The position numbers were made by a program, and so were the translations under genes. Shown one piece after another: positions 19,691 through 28,148 of a DNA stretch of 64,000 nt; position 1 is the first letter of the stretch; each line of letters begins with the position of its first letter. Below the pieces are notes generated by a model that searched no databases, was not told where the DNA came from, and saw only the letters and a list, made by a program, of their open reading frames with translations. This DNA comes from an uncultured Chthonomonadaceae bacterium (GTDB lineage: Bacteria; Armatimonadota; Chthonomonadetes; Chthonomonadales; Chthonomonadaceae). The stretch is from positions 288,001 to 352,000 of the forward strand of contig CAWFQB010000004.1 in assembly GCA_963817895.1 (NCBI GenBank), in the 5' to 3' direction.

Positions 19691-20254
19691 ATGCAAAGAA
19701 CAATATCACCGGCAGAGGCAAGCGTACTGTTTATTGCTGACAACTCCGTCTTCAGCAATATTGCTTCGCGTTGCGTTGCTGAAGCCTTTGGCAATGTTAC
19801 CACTGTCTTCTATGAACGCGGCGATTATCCTAAACCGGAACTCAACGGATGGGAGGGCGATTGGATCATCAGTTTCAAGTCGGATTTGATTTTGCCTAAG
19901 CGGATTTTGAAGCGGGCAACATGTGGCAGCATCAATATTCATCCCGCCCCGCCGAAATACCGGGGCGTCGGAGGCTATATATGGGCGCTGCGGAACCGTG
20001 ATGAGCGGTACGGCATTACCTGCCACCAGATGGTGGAAAGACTGGATGCCGGGTCTATCATTTGTGTCCGCTATTTTCCGATTTTGCCCTGCGAATGTTC
20101 TACCAGCCTGAAAATGCGGGCGGGAATTTACTGCCTGCAAGTGCTGAATGACCTGTTGCCCCTGCTGATCGCGAATCGCGAACTCCCGACATCCGATGAA
20201 GTTTGGAGCGAAAGGTTGTACACCTATCGCGACCTGGATCAAATCACCAACTGA
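19691..20254 (+). CDS. Formyltransferase family protein
   Basis: INIHPAPPKYRG, GITCHQM, LDAGSII motifs. Confidence 0.85.
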   Translation: MQRTISPAEASVLFIADNSVFSNIASRCVAEAFGNVTTVFYERGDYPKPELNGWEGDWIISFKSDLILPKRILKRATCGSINIHPAPPKYRGVGGYIWALRNRDERYGITCHQMVERLDAGSIICVRYFPILPCECSTSLKMRAGIYCLQVLNDLLPLLIANRELPTSDEVWSERLYTYRDLDQITN

Positions 20255-20287
20255 AAGGGCGCGTAGAACGAAACTTACGCGCCCTTT

Positions 20288-20458
20288 CAATTAAGAGCAA
20301 TACCGTTCAATAAGCGTTTGTAGGGACACAACTTGTTGTGTCCGCATTGTCCGTCGTGTCCGCATTGCGCCATGACGGAGAAGGACACAACAAGTTGTGT
20401 CCCTACATGGTTTCTTTCGAGGTGAAAAACGCCTTATTTGAACGGTGCAATTAAGAGC
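20288..20458. mobile_element. MITE-like element containing a GTAG-type REP doublet
   Basis: Direct repeat CAATTAAGAGC at 20288-20298 and 20448-20458; imperfect terminal inverted repeats; inner TGTAGGGACACAACTTGTTGTGTCC / GGACACAACAAGTTGTGTCCCTACA. Confidence 0.7.
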
Positions 20459-20470
20459 CTATCTCGATAG

Positions 20471-20515
20471 GTTCCCCTTCTCCCAAAGTTGGGAGAAGGG
20501 GTCAGGGTTGAGGGC
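20471..20515. repeat. REP-like hairpin, reverse-complement copy of 1961-2010
   Basis: GTTCCCCTTCTCCCAAAGTTGGGAGAAGGGGTCAGGGTTGAGGGC. Confidence 0.85.
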
Positions 20516-20530
20516 CAATTGGGGTAGGCT

Positions 20531-21703
20531 CTAAGCCGGTTGAAGTAATGCCTGATTTTTGTTGGTGGCTCCGCCCAAAATGTCTGCTATCTTCGCCTGC
20601 TGACGGTGGAGTTCGTCCAGAAGTGGCGCGTAAACCGGGCGTCGTCCCTGATTATCCGCCTCGCCCCACAGTCCCATGAGCATCGGTTCGCCGCTCTGCC
20701 ACTCCGGGTAGTCCAGAATGGGATACAGCGTGATGCCTTCCACCTGTACGCCCGCCCGAATCGCGCGAACACACTCCTCCGTAATCTGCGCCAGCCAGGG
20801 CGCGCGCCGGTCTCCCGCTTCTGCGGTTTCGCTGACAAAGAGCGGCCGCTCATAACGCTCCCATACCTCCCGCAAGAGCGAAGCGAATGACCGACGGCGC
20901 GCATCGTCCCCGGCAAGCTCCGGGCCATCGAGAAGAAGCTGGTTGTTGGCGTAGTAGTTGACCCCGATGATGTCGAGAAGGTCGGGACTGCCGCCCAGTT
21001 CCGGTTCTGCGCGACCGGAAAGCATGTCCCATCCCTCATACACGCAAATGTTGCGCTTGCGGGTTTTCTCCTCCTCTTCCGGGCTGTTAGCGACGAGATA
21101 AATCAGAGGATCGGTATGCGCCAGGCGCGCCTGCGGGAGAACCTCGCGAATGGCGCGGCACATCGCCACCGCGCACCGGACAAGCTGCCGCTTGGCTTCG
21201 GGCGCGCGATCTCTGGCAAACGGGTTCATAAGACCCTTGTCGCCGCCCGCCCACGCAAAGTAGTTGATTTCGTTCGCCGGGGCAAGGAAGGGGCGTTCGA
21301 TCCCCGCATCGCGCAGGCAGCGGGCCACCGCCCCGGCATAAGCGCCCGCCCGTTCCACCATCTCTTCCGACCAGAAATCAAGGCCGTCCGGCCAGCCATA
21401 GTGAAACAGGTCCCATATACACGTAATGCCCGTTTCCGCAGCGGCCCGGACGGTGCGGAGCAGTTCCTGCGGCTCGTAGCGTCCGGGCGCAGGTTCAAAC
21501 AGATACCAGCGAACGTTCTCGCGCGCCACGAGCAGCCCCGCGTCGGCAAGGCGTTGGTAGTCCTGAAAAACAAACGTATCGTGCTGAGTGGCGGCAACGG
21601 AGTCTACGCGCTTTCCATCCGGTCTGTGATGATACGCGCTCTCGAAACCCGCCCCGAAAAACGATGGGAATAGCGCCTGTTCGCGCTGCTGTTGTCGTTC
21701 CAA
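20531..21703 (-). CDS. GH-A clan beta-glycosidase-like protein
   Basis: FGAGFES, WDLFHYGWP, NEI acid/base, GVNYY, SET nucleophile motifs. Confidence 0.85.
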   Translation of the reverse strand: MERQQQREQALFPSFFGAGFESAYHHRPDGKRVDSVAATQHDTFVFQDYQRLADAGLLVARENVRWYLFEPAPGRYEPQELLRTVRAAAETGITCIWDLFHYGWPDGLDFWSEEMVERAGAYAGAVARCLRDAGIERPFLAPANEINYFAWAGGDKGLMNPFARDRAPEAKRQLVRCAVAMCRAIREVLPQARLAHTDPLIYLVANSPEEEEKTRKRNICVYEGWDMLSGRAEPELGGSPDLLDIIGVNYYANNQLLLDGPELAGDDARRRSFASLLREVWERYERPLFVSETAEAGDRRAPWLAQITEECVRAIRAGVQVEGITLYPILDYPEWQSGEPMLMGLWGEADNQGRRPVYAPLLDELHRQQAKIADILGGATNKNQALLQPA

Positions 21704-21775
21704 TGGCGCGTTTCCTTTCCATAACCGCTCTGCGCCGGAACGTTTCCGTAACCGCTTTGCGCCGGAACTCTCGCT

Positions 21776-23230
21776 TTACGCGACGAAATCAAGATAGCCC
21801 TTTTCCACATCCACGCCTGCCAGCCGGATGCTGATACGCTCTCCCACCTCCACCTTGCGCTTGCGGGAGCCGATCATGCCCTCCACAGGCGGATGCAGAA
21901 CGCGGGCGTACACGCCCTTCGGCGTCACGCTCGTTACAATCGCTTTAAACCACTCTCCCACGCGCCGTGAAAGCAGGACGGCGGCGGCGGTTCGCTGCAT
22001 CTGGCGTTCCACGCGATCCGCCATGTCCTCCTTCCAGGTGCAGTGCTGCGCCAGTTCCGCCAGTTCCGCTTCGGAATAGGGACATGGCCTGCCCTGCAAG
22101 ACCGCTTTGAGAATCCGCTGCGTAATCAGGTCGGGATAGCGGCGGTTGGGGGCGGTAGAGTGCGCGTAGTCGCGCGCGGCCAGTCCGAAGTGGCCTGCGG
22201 GCGGTTCCCCCGGCAGATGCAGGGCGTATTCTCCCGGCCCCATGAGTTTCACAACGAGCAGGGATAAATCAGGGAAACGCAGCGGGTCGGCTTGCCGCTG
22301 TTGGCGCAAAAAATCCGCGAGCGCGCGGGAATCCGGAACATTGGGAAGCGTCGCGCCGTGTTCCGCCGCCACTCGCATAATGCTGTCCCATCGCTGCGGA
22401 ATATGCACCACGCGCCGCAGGGTGGGAAACCCCTGCTGTTCCAGAAACTGCGCGGTTGCCCCGTTGACCGCGATCATCAGGTCTTCGATCAGTTCCTCGG
22501 CCCGGTTTTGCGGCTCATCTTTCAAATCCACGACCTGCCCGTTGCGCAGTACGGCTTTGGGCTGAACCGTGTCCAATTCCAGCGCGCCATGCTCCTGCCG
22601 CCGCGCCCGCAATCGCTGCGCGACATCATCCTGCAAGCGCAATTGTCCGGGTAGATCGGCAATGGAGTTCAGGGCTTCGGGCATGGGAACGCTCCCGTCC
22701 AGCCATGCCGTCACGCCCCCGTAGGTCAGTTTCGCCTTGTTGCGCGCAGTCGCTTGGAATATCTCCGCGTCTTCCAGCAACCCGGTGTCGTTGACGACAA
22801 AAGACACGACAACCGCAAGCCGATCCTGTTCCTCGCGCAACGAGGTAAGGTCGTGGGATAATCGTTCGGGCAGCATGGGGAAGATTTGCGATACCGTATA
22901 CACCGAGGTGGTATTGTAGCGGGCATGGAGATCGAGGGGAGAGTCTCTGGCGACGAAAGCGTCCACGTCCGCAATGGCGACATAAACGCGGGCGCGCCCG
23001 TTTCCCAGGTCTTCGGCAACGGAAATCTGGTCAATGTCCTGAGAAGTCTCGTTGTCTATAGAGAGCCAGTCCAGCCCGCGCAGGTCGCGCAACGGGGAAC
23101 TCTCCTCCAAAGGACTTTCCAGACCGGCGGCCTGCTCCAGCGCTTCGGGCGAAAACTCCGGCCTCAGATGTCTTTCCCACATCACGCGCTGCGCCATTTC
23201 CGACAGGTCTACACGGCTCTGCTGTCTCAT
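21776..23230 (-). CDS. RNB-domain exoribonuclease (RNase II/R-like, short form)
   Basis: SIDNETSQDIDQ, HFGLA, HSTAPNRRYPDL, C-terminal S1-like region. Confidence 0.92.
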   Translation of the reverse strand: MRQQSRVDLSEMAQRVMWERHLRPEFSPEALEQAAGLESPLEESSPLRDLRGLDWLSIDNETSQDIDQISVAEDLGNGRARVYVAIADVDAFVARDSPLDLHARYNTTSVYTVSQIFPMLPERLSHDLTSLREEQDRLAVVVSFVVNDTGLLEDAEIFQATARNKAKLTYGGVTAWLDGSVPMPEALNSIADLPGQLRLQDDVAQRLRARRQEHGALELDTVQPKAVLRNGQVVDLKDEPQNRAEELIEDLMIAVNGATAQFLEQQGFPTLRRVVHIPQRWDSIMRVAAEHGATLPNVPDSRALADFLRQQRQADPLRFPDLSLLVVKLMGPGEYALHLPGEPPAGHFGLAARDYAHSTAPNRRYPDLITQRILKAVLQGRPCPYSEAELAELAQHCTWKEDMADRVERQMQRTAAAVLLSRRVGEWFKAIVTSVTPKGVYARVLHPPVEGMIGSRKRKVEVGERISIRLAGVDVEKGYLDFVA

Positions 23231-23505
23231 AACCCCTCCCTTACACGTTCCTTTGTCTTCTCCCGCGTTTGACCGCGCCATTGCGACGCTTTGCGCCAAA
23301 CCATTGATTTACTTCTGGATAGGCAATGTCATATAAGAGCCTGTTTAAGGAAGGGAAAAAAGAAGGTCGTGATGGATTGGTTTTGGAGGTGAGGCCTCTG
23401 AAAGGAGAAATGAAATTCAAAGGGGGATGAAATGCAGTCGCATACGCGCGACACGTCCGGCGTATGATTTATCGGTCAGCGTGGGCGCGTATGCTGAGAC
23501 AGCGG

Positions 23506-24180
23506 CTACTTGATCAGGTCGTAGGTTTGGGAGAGGGAGCCAAGACGTGTTACGCGATTGTCCGGCCCGCACAAAAAGAAAGAGGGAGTAGCCTCTACCC
23601 CCAGCGCGTCGCCGTCGTTCATATCCTTCTCGACCTGCTTCTCCGCTTCTCGCCTGTGAACCTGCTTCAACTTTTCCAAATTGGGACGCGGCCCGGCGGA
23701 AAGCCGGGAGAGGAAGGCTTCTGACATCTCCTGTTGATGCGTATACAGGGAGTCGTGTACCGGCCAGAACTGCCCTTCGATACGCGCGGTTTCCGCGACA
23801 ATCGCCGCCTCATACGCGCGCGGATGCATGTCGCGCAGGGGGTAATTGCGAAAAGTAAACCGCAGTCGCCCCTTAAAGCGTGTCAGAAGAGGGCGGATCG
23901 CTTCATTGACGCGCGCGCATGGCGGACACTGGTAATCCGCAAATTCGACTAAGGTATAGGAGGCCGAGGGTGAACCTGAAAAAACGGCATGGCTGCCGAT
24001 AACTTTGTCCGGCAACGCCGCGATACGGGCGTAAGGCGTAACACGCGACCCGCTCAAATCCTGCAATCGCCGCGAATAAATATGGCTGCCGACCACAAGC
24101 ATAAGAGTCAGAACTCCGACAGCCACAAGCCATTCTCGACGAGAGGCGTTCTCTTGCGGAGGGTTATCTTTGATGGACAT
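23506..24180 (-). CDS. Membrane-anchored DsbA/thioredoxin-fold oxidoreductase
   Basis: N-terminal TM helix, EFADYQCPPC, RNYPL, GVEATPSFF (cis-Pro loop). Confidence 0.9.
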   Translation of the reverse strand: MSIKDNPPQENASRREWLVAVGVLTLMLVVGSHIYSRRLQDLSGSRVTPYARIAALPDKVIGSHAVFSGSPSASYTLVEFADYQCPPCARVNEAIRPLLTRFKGRLRFTFRNYPLRDMHPRAYEAAIVAETARIEGQFWPVHDSLYTHQQEMSEAFLSRLSAGPRPNLEKLKQVHRREAEKQVEKDMNDGDALGVEATPSFFLCGPDNRVTRLGSLSQTYDLIK

Positions 24181-24787
24181 CAGCAGGCTCCCACTCCGTG
24201 CCAAGAAGATAGCCAAAGTCAACGTCTTTTACATGGTAATCCGCAAACATCTCATTGCACCGCGCATCAAGGAAATCTGATCCGCCATGCCATCCGGGAG
24301 AGTAGTCAGACATCAACAGGGCCGCCGATGAGTTTTCAAAGGATGTTTCCGTCCATCCCAGCAACGGCGGATACCTCGCGTACTCATAACTGCACCCGTA
24401 GGTATCGGAAAGGTTCTCGACAATACCACTGTCCGCAAAATGATGCTCGGAGGGGCAACGGTAGACAGCGCGCGAACGAACGTACGGGTTCAGTATCTGA
24501 GGAAGAACAGGCATCGTTCGGGCCGTTGTCAAATAGGGGTCGGGATACACATCGTCCATGATGCTTCGCGTGTACGGGTCTAACGCAAAGGGCAGACGGT
24601 CGTCGTAATCGCTTACGTATATGGCAATGGCGCTGCCAATCTGGTGAAGGTTGGACAGGCAGGCGGCGCGTCGGGCGTTTTCCCGCGCTATTGCCAGAAC
24701 CGGGAACAGAAGCGCGGCAAGGATGCCTGTGATGCCCATCGCCACAAGCAACTCCAGGAGAGTAAAAGCAAGCCGGTAAGGTTTCAT
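24164..24787 (-). CDS. Prepilin-type N-terminal cleavage/methylation protein (DUF1559 / H-X9-DG-like)
   Basis: AFTLLELLVAMGITGILAALLFPV, ACLSNLHQIG, YRCPS, WH...CNEMFADYHVK. Confidence 0.9.
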   Translation of the reverse strand: MKPYRLAFTLLELLVAMGITGILAALLFPVLAIARENARRAACLSNLHQIGSAIAIYVSDYDDRLPFALDPYTRSIMDDVYPDPYLTTARTMPVLPQILNPYVRSRAVYRCPSEHHFADSGIVENLSDTYGCSYEYARYPPLLGWTETSFENSSAALLMSDYSPGWHGGSDFLDARCNEMFADYHVKDVDFGYLLGTEWEPADVHQR

Positions 24788-24811
24788 CTCTGCTCGAAAT
24801 CTCCTTTGGCG

Positions 24812-25310
24812 TTACATGCGGGCCTTGTCGGACAAGTTCGCAATAACATTTTTCGCTTCTGTGCGCACTGTCAAATTCTCATCGTGCAGCAGGAGTTCGG
24901 CGCTTGAGCGGACATCAGGCGCTTTCAACTTGTCTAACGCCTTTAACGCTCTTTGCCGCACCACCCACTCAGGATCAGACAGGCAGGCGCGAGCAATCCG
25001 CGGCTTCGCATGCGTGAGCCGAATCCGTCAGGTGGCTTAACGCGGAAAGGACACGCACGCGTATTTGCCAGCTGCTGTTCTGGCTTAATACTCTCATGCG
25101 CGCGATTTCATCCAGGGAAAGATTGTTTTCGTTTTGCGCTTTTCGTTGAAGGGAGCGGGCATCAATATAACTGCGCGGGTCTGCGCCGATAAGCGCGGCC
25201 TCACGCGCCTCCGGGCTAAGGCGCGTGGGATAAAGCGCAAGGAAGCCGCTGAAGGTTAGCAATGCGCCGATTGAAAATCCCACTATCCATTAAATCCATA
25301 AGCGTTTCAT
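24812..25310 (-). CDS. Membrane-anchored HEAT-repeat protein (internal TAA at 25290-25292, frameshift near 25000)
   Basis: GGAG RBS then MKRLWI*WIVGFSIGALL; repeats SWQIRVRVLSAL, DPEWVVRQRALKAL, DENLTVRTEAKNVI. Confidence 0.65.
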
Positions 25311-25410
25311 CTTTGTCTCCTGCATTATCACGCTTGCGCAAGGTCCGCCTGCCGTTGCCTTCTAACTTACTGTGGCCGAAGTTAAGGGACAGGCGGACGA
25401 CAGTCAGGGA

Positions 25411-25635
25411 TTAGCCCGGACACGCCGAAGAGCAATTTGTCTGATCCGCTTTCGAGGCCTTCGCGCAGGCGGTGGTACAGCAGGTCTGACAGGCATCGCC
25501 CTCCGTTTTCTTGTTGCACCCGCCTTTTTTGGCGCAATCAGGCCATGTGGTGTCCGTAATACTATTTGCCAGCGCCGCAGAGGAGACGACGAGGCCGAGA
25601 AGGACAGGGAACAGGTAAGCCTTGACAATTCGCAT
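25411..25635 (-). CDS. Secreted cysteine-rich peptide (74 aa, 8 Cys)
   Basis: GAAAGG RBS; signal peptide MRIVKAYLFPVLLGLVVSSAALA; 51-aa mature part with C-x5-C-x8-C-x2-CC-x3-C-x10-C-x3-C. Confidence 0.8.
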   Translation of the reverse strand: MRIVKAYLFPVLLGLVVSSAALANSITDTTWPDCAKKGGCNKKTEGDACQTCCTTACAKASKADQTNCSSACPG

Positions 25636-26106
25636 TGCGTGAACCTTTCTTGATGATGGAAATAGCCGTTCCTCATGGCAAAGCAGAGAGCGGCGCGCAG
25701 ATTGCAGCCTGCGCGCGTTCGGGCCATCATAACATTCCCGAAGCGCTGATGATTGTTGCGCGCATCGTGGTTTCGGTAACAAAAATGTTCCGAGCAAAAA
25801 GCGCGCTAACCATGTGTGTTTTGAAGGCTGCCCACCCATAAATATGAAAAAGCAGGCTTAAATTAATCTATTATTCATTATGATGAATTAATCCTTCTAT
25901 TTGAGCATGTAAATTTGAAATTTAGCAAAATTGTACAATAATATTTATTTTGGAGTAGATAATTGGTTGTAAATTTACTTATATAGGGTTGTGACGGGCA
26001 GAGCATGTGAACAATCGCCTATTTTGCGCGTCACAACATTTATGATAAATCGTTTCCCACCGTGAGTCCGTGCCATAATTTTCGCATCTTTTCAGGAGCG
26101 CCTGAC

Positions 26107-28008
26107 ATGCCGCGTACTATTCTGTGTCTCGTCCTGCTGATGGGAGCGCTGTCGCCCCTGGCCGCGCAGACCCCTGCCATTCCCACACTCGCCGCATCCC
26201 CGTCCACATCCGACACGATGCTGACGCTCGGCTCCGATGTGCTGACTTTCCCTGAAATCGCGCGAAAATTGTCGGTTGGCGGGCATAAGGTGATGTGCGC
26301 GCCCGCTCTGGAACAGTTTGCCGCGTATGTGTCTCTGAAAAACCGCTCGTGGGAAAAAACAAGCCGCCTGCTGGAGCAGGGCTTGCAGATACAACTGTTT
26401 CCGGGCAAAGACGACCCCACTCGTTTCTCAATGGAGTGGGATCGGGACACCCGCAGGCGCGAACGCGCCTGGCTCAGTCGCTTTGCCGGCAATCTGCTTC
26501 AGTTACCTACAGGAGAAAATGGCGGTTCGCGCCGATTATTTCAAACAGCCCCCGGACGCGCTCAAACAGCAGTATGACAGCGCGAACACCGAAGTGGAAG
26601 CGTTCTACAAGCAGAATGATTTCTCCAAAAGCACACCTTATATCCGTCAGCAAATCAAGCTGTGCCGGGATATGTATCCTGTTATCAGCAACGCGGACGA
26701 GAATCATCTTGGGCTGCTGTGGGCGCAAAATAACATGCCGACGCAGGGACAGATAACGCAGGCGGTTCGGCAGGGGGTTGTGTATCGCGTTCAGGAAACC
26801 GGCCAGATGCCGCCGGATTTGATGAATGCGATTGCGGCGCGAAACCCCCTGCTGTCCAAGAGGAGAAAAAGCCGCTGTTTCGCTATCTTGCCGAATCTTG
26901 GAAGTTGGGCAGTTCCTCCACCATACTGGGATTCTCGTCGCCGGCGCGGATGATGTCGCTGAATGAGTTCGGCTTCTCCCTACAGATGGGACTGGACGCG
27001 CAGTTGCCGCCGCTGCTTCAGGATCAGGAGCCGTCCCTGATTTAATGGGTGTTCGCGGGAGTGCCGGAGGGGGATCAGCACCGTTTCATCGGACTGGGCA
27101 GGGCGGCCATGCAGTGGCTGCAAGCAGAGCAACAGCATACCCGCGCCGCGCTGACCAAAGCGCGTACTCTGGATAGGGATGTGTTCAATCCCAATGACGG
27201 GGCTGGCGACCAATCACGGCGGCTGGAAGCGTGGAGTTGGCGGAGGGATGTGGAAGCCATGAGCGTGGTGTGGCCGTTGCGGGAAATCTGCCAGGGGCGT
27301 ACGGGGAAAGCCGCATACGGACACGCCGCAAGATGCTGATGCGGACGCGCCGACCCTTCAGCAATGGGCGATGGAAGAAACGGACGGGGTATGGCGCGTT
27401 CAGAGCCTGATGGCGTTTATGGACCGCGAACGTATGCTGCCCATCGCCGCGCTGATTGAATTCAGGCGTCCTGAACACGTCACGCAGGAATCGAAAACGC
27501 CCGCGAACCCGGAACAGGCAGTGGGATCCGCGTGGAACTATGAAAAACTGCGCCGCTTATTGCGAATCCGATGAAAACGCGCCCCTCCCTTTCTGGCGGT
27601 ATCCTATGGGGCTGGCAGGTTATCGGGGCGTCAGCACGTCCTCACTGGATGAGAGTGTCGGCGCGATGTTTTTGTGGGAACGCCTGTCCCCGAAAGAACG
27701 CGCCACGATATGGGAACAGGGGCGCAAAGCCTATGCCACCAACTTCGACAGCGCCGCCGTGCCTCTCACGCGATTCAATCCGCGCGACCTCGCCGAAATT
27801 CGCCCGGATTATGCAAGGGTGGGGCATGGAGTATATGCAAGCAAATCTGCCCGGTTTTGCCGACGCGCTGAGTGGCTGTATGCTTTACGTCCGCGTGGAA
27901 ACCCAGCCCGCCAACAGGCCGTCTCGCGTCCCCCTGAGTGTGCGCGGCCCCGAAGGTTCCGGTTTCGATGTGCGCTGCTGCGACGCGCAATTTTTCTGGA
28001 TGCCCTGA
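26107..28008 (+). CDS. Large secreted hypothetical protein (multiple frameshifts)
   Basis: AGGAG RBS, signal peptide MPRTILCLVLLMGALSPLAA; overlapping ORF pieces at 26062, 26483, 27049, 27371 and 27571. Confidence 0.55.
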
Positions 28009-28148
28009 ACGCGCGCCGCTTGCGTAAATCGCCATTTCGTAGGATAATAAGAGTATGGTGGCGTAACTTCCGCTTACGTCAAACGTCTTTAGCGTATACC
28101 CATTTTGTTTGGCTGTTTTCGCCCGTGTGGCTGAAGGAGTTTTTTCGC

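Noticed and set aside
27456..28148. N-terminal 230 aa of the 908-aa ORF
   Set aside because: The RBS and signal peptide place the real start at 28149. The upstream part overlaps the frameshifted neighbouring gene.
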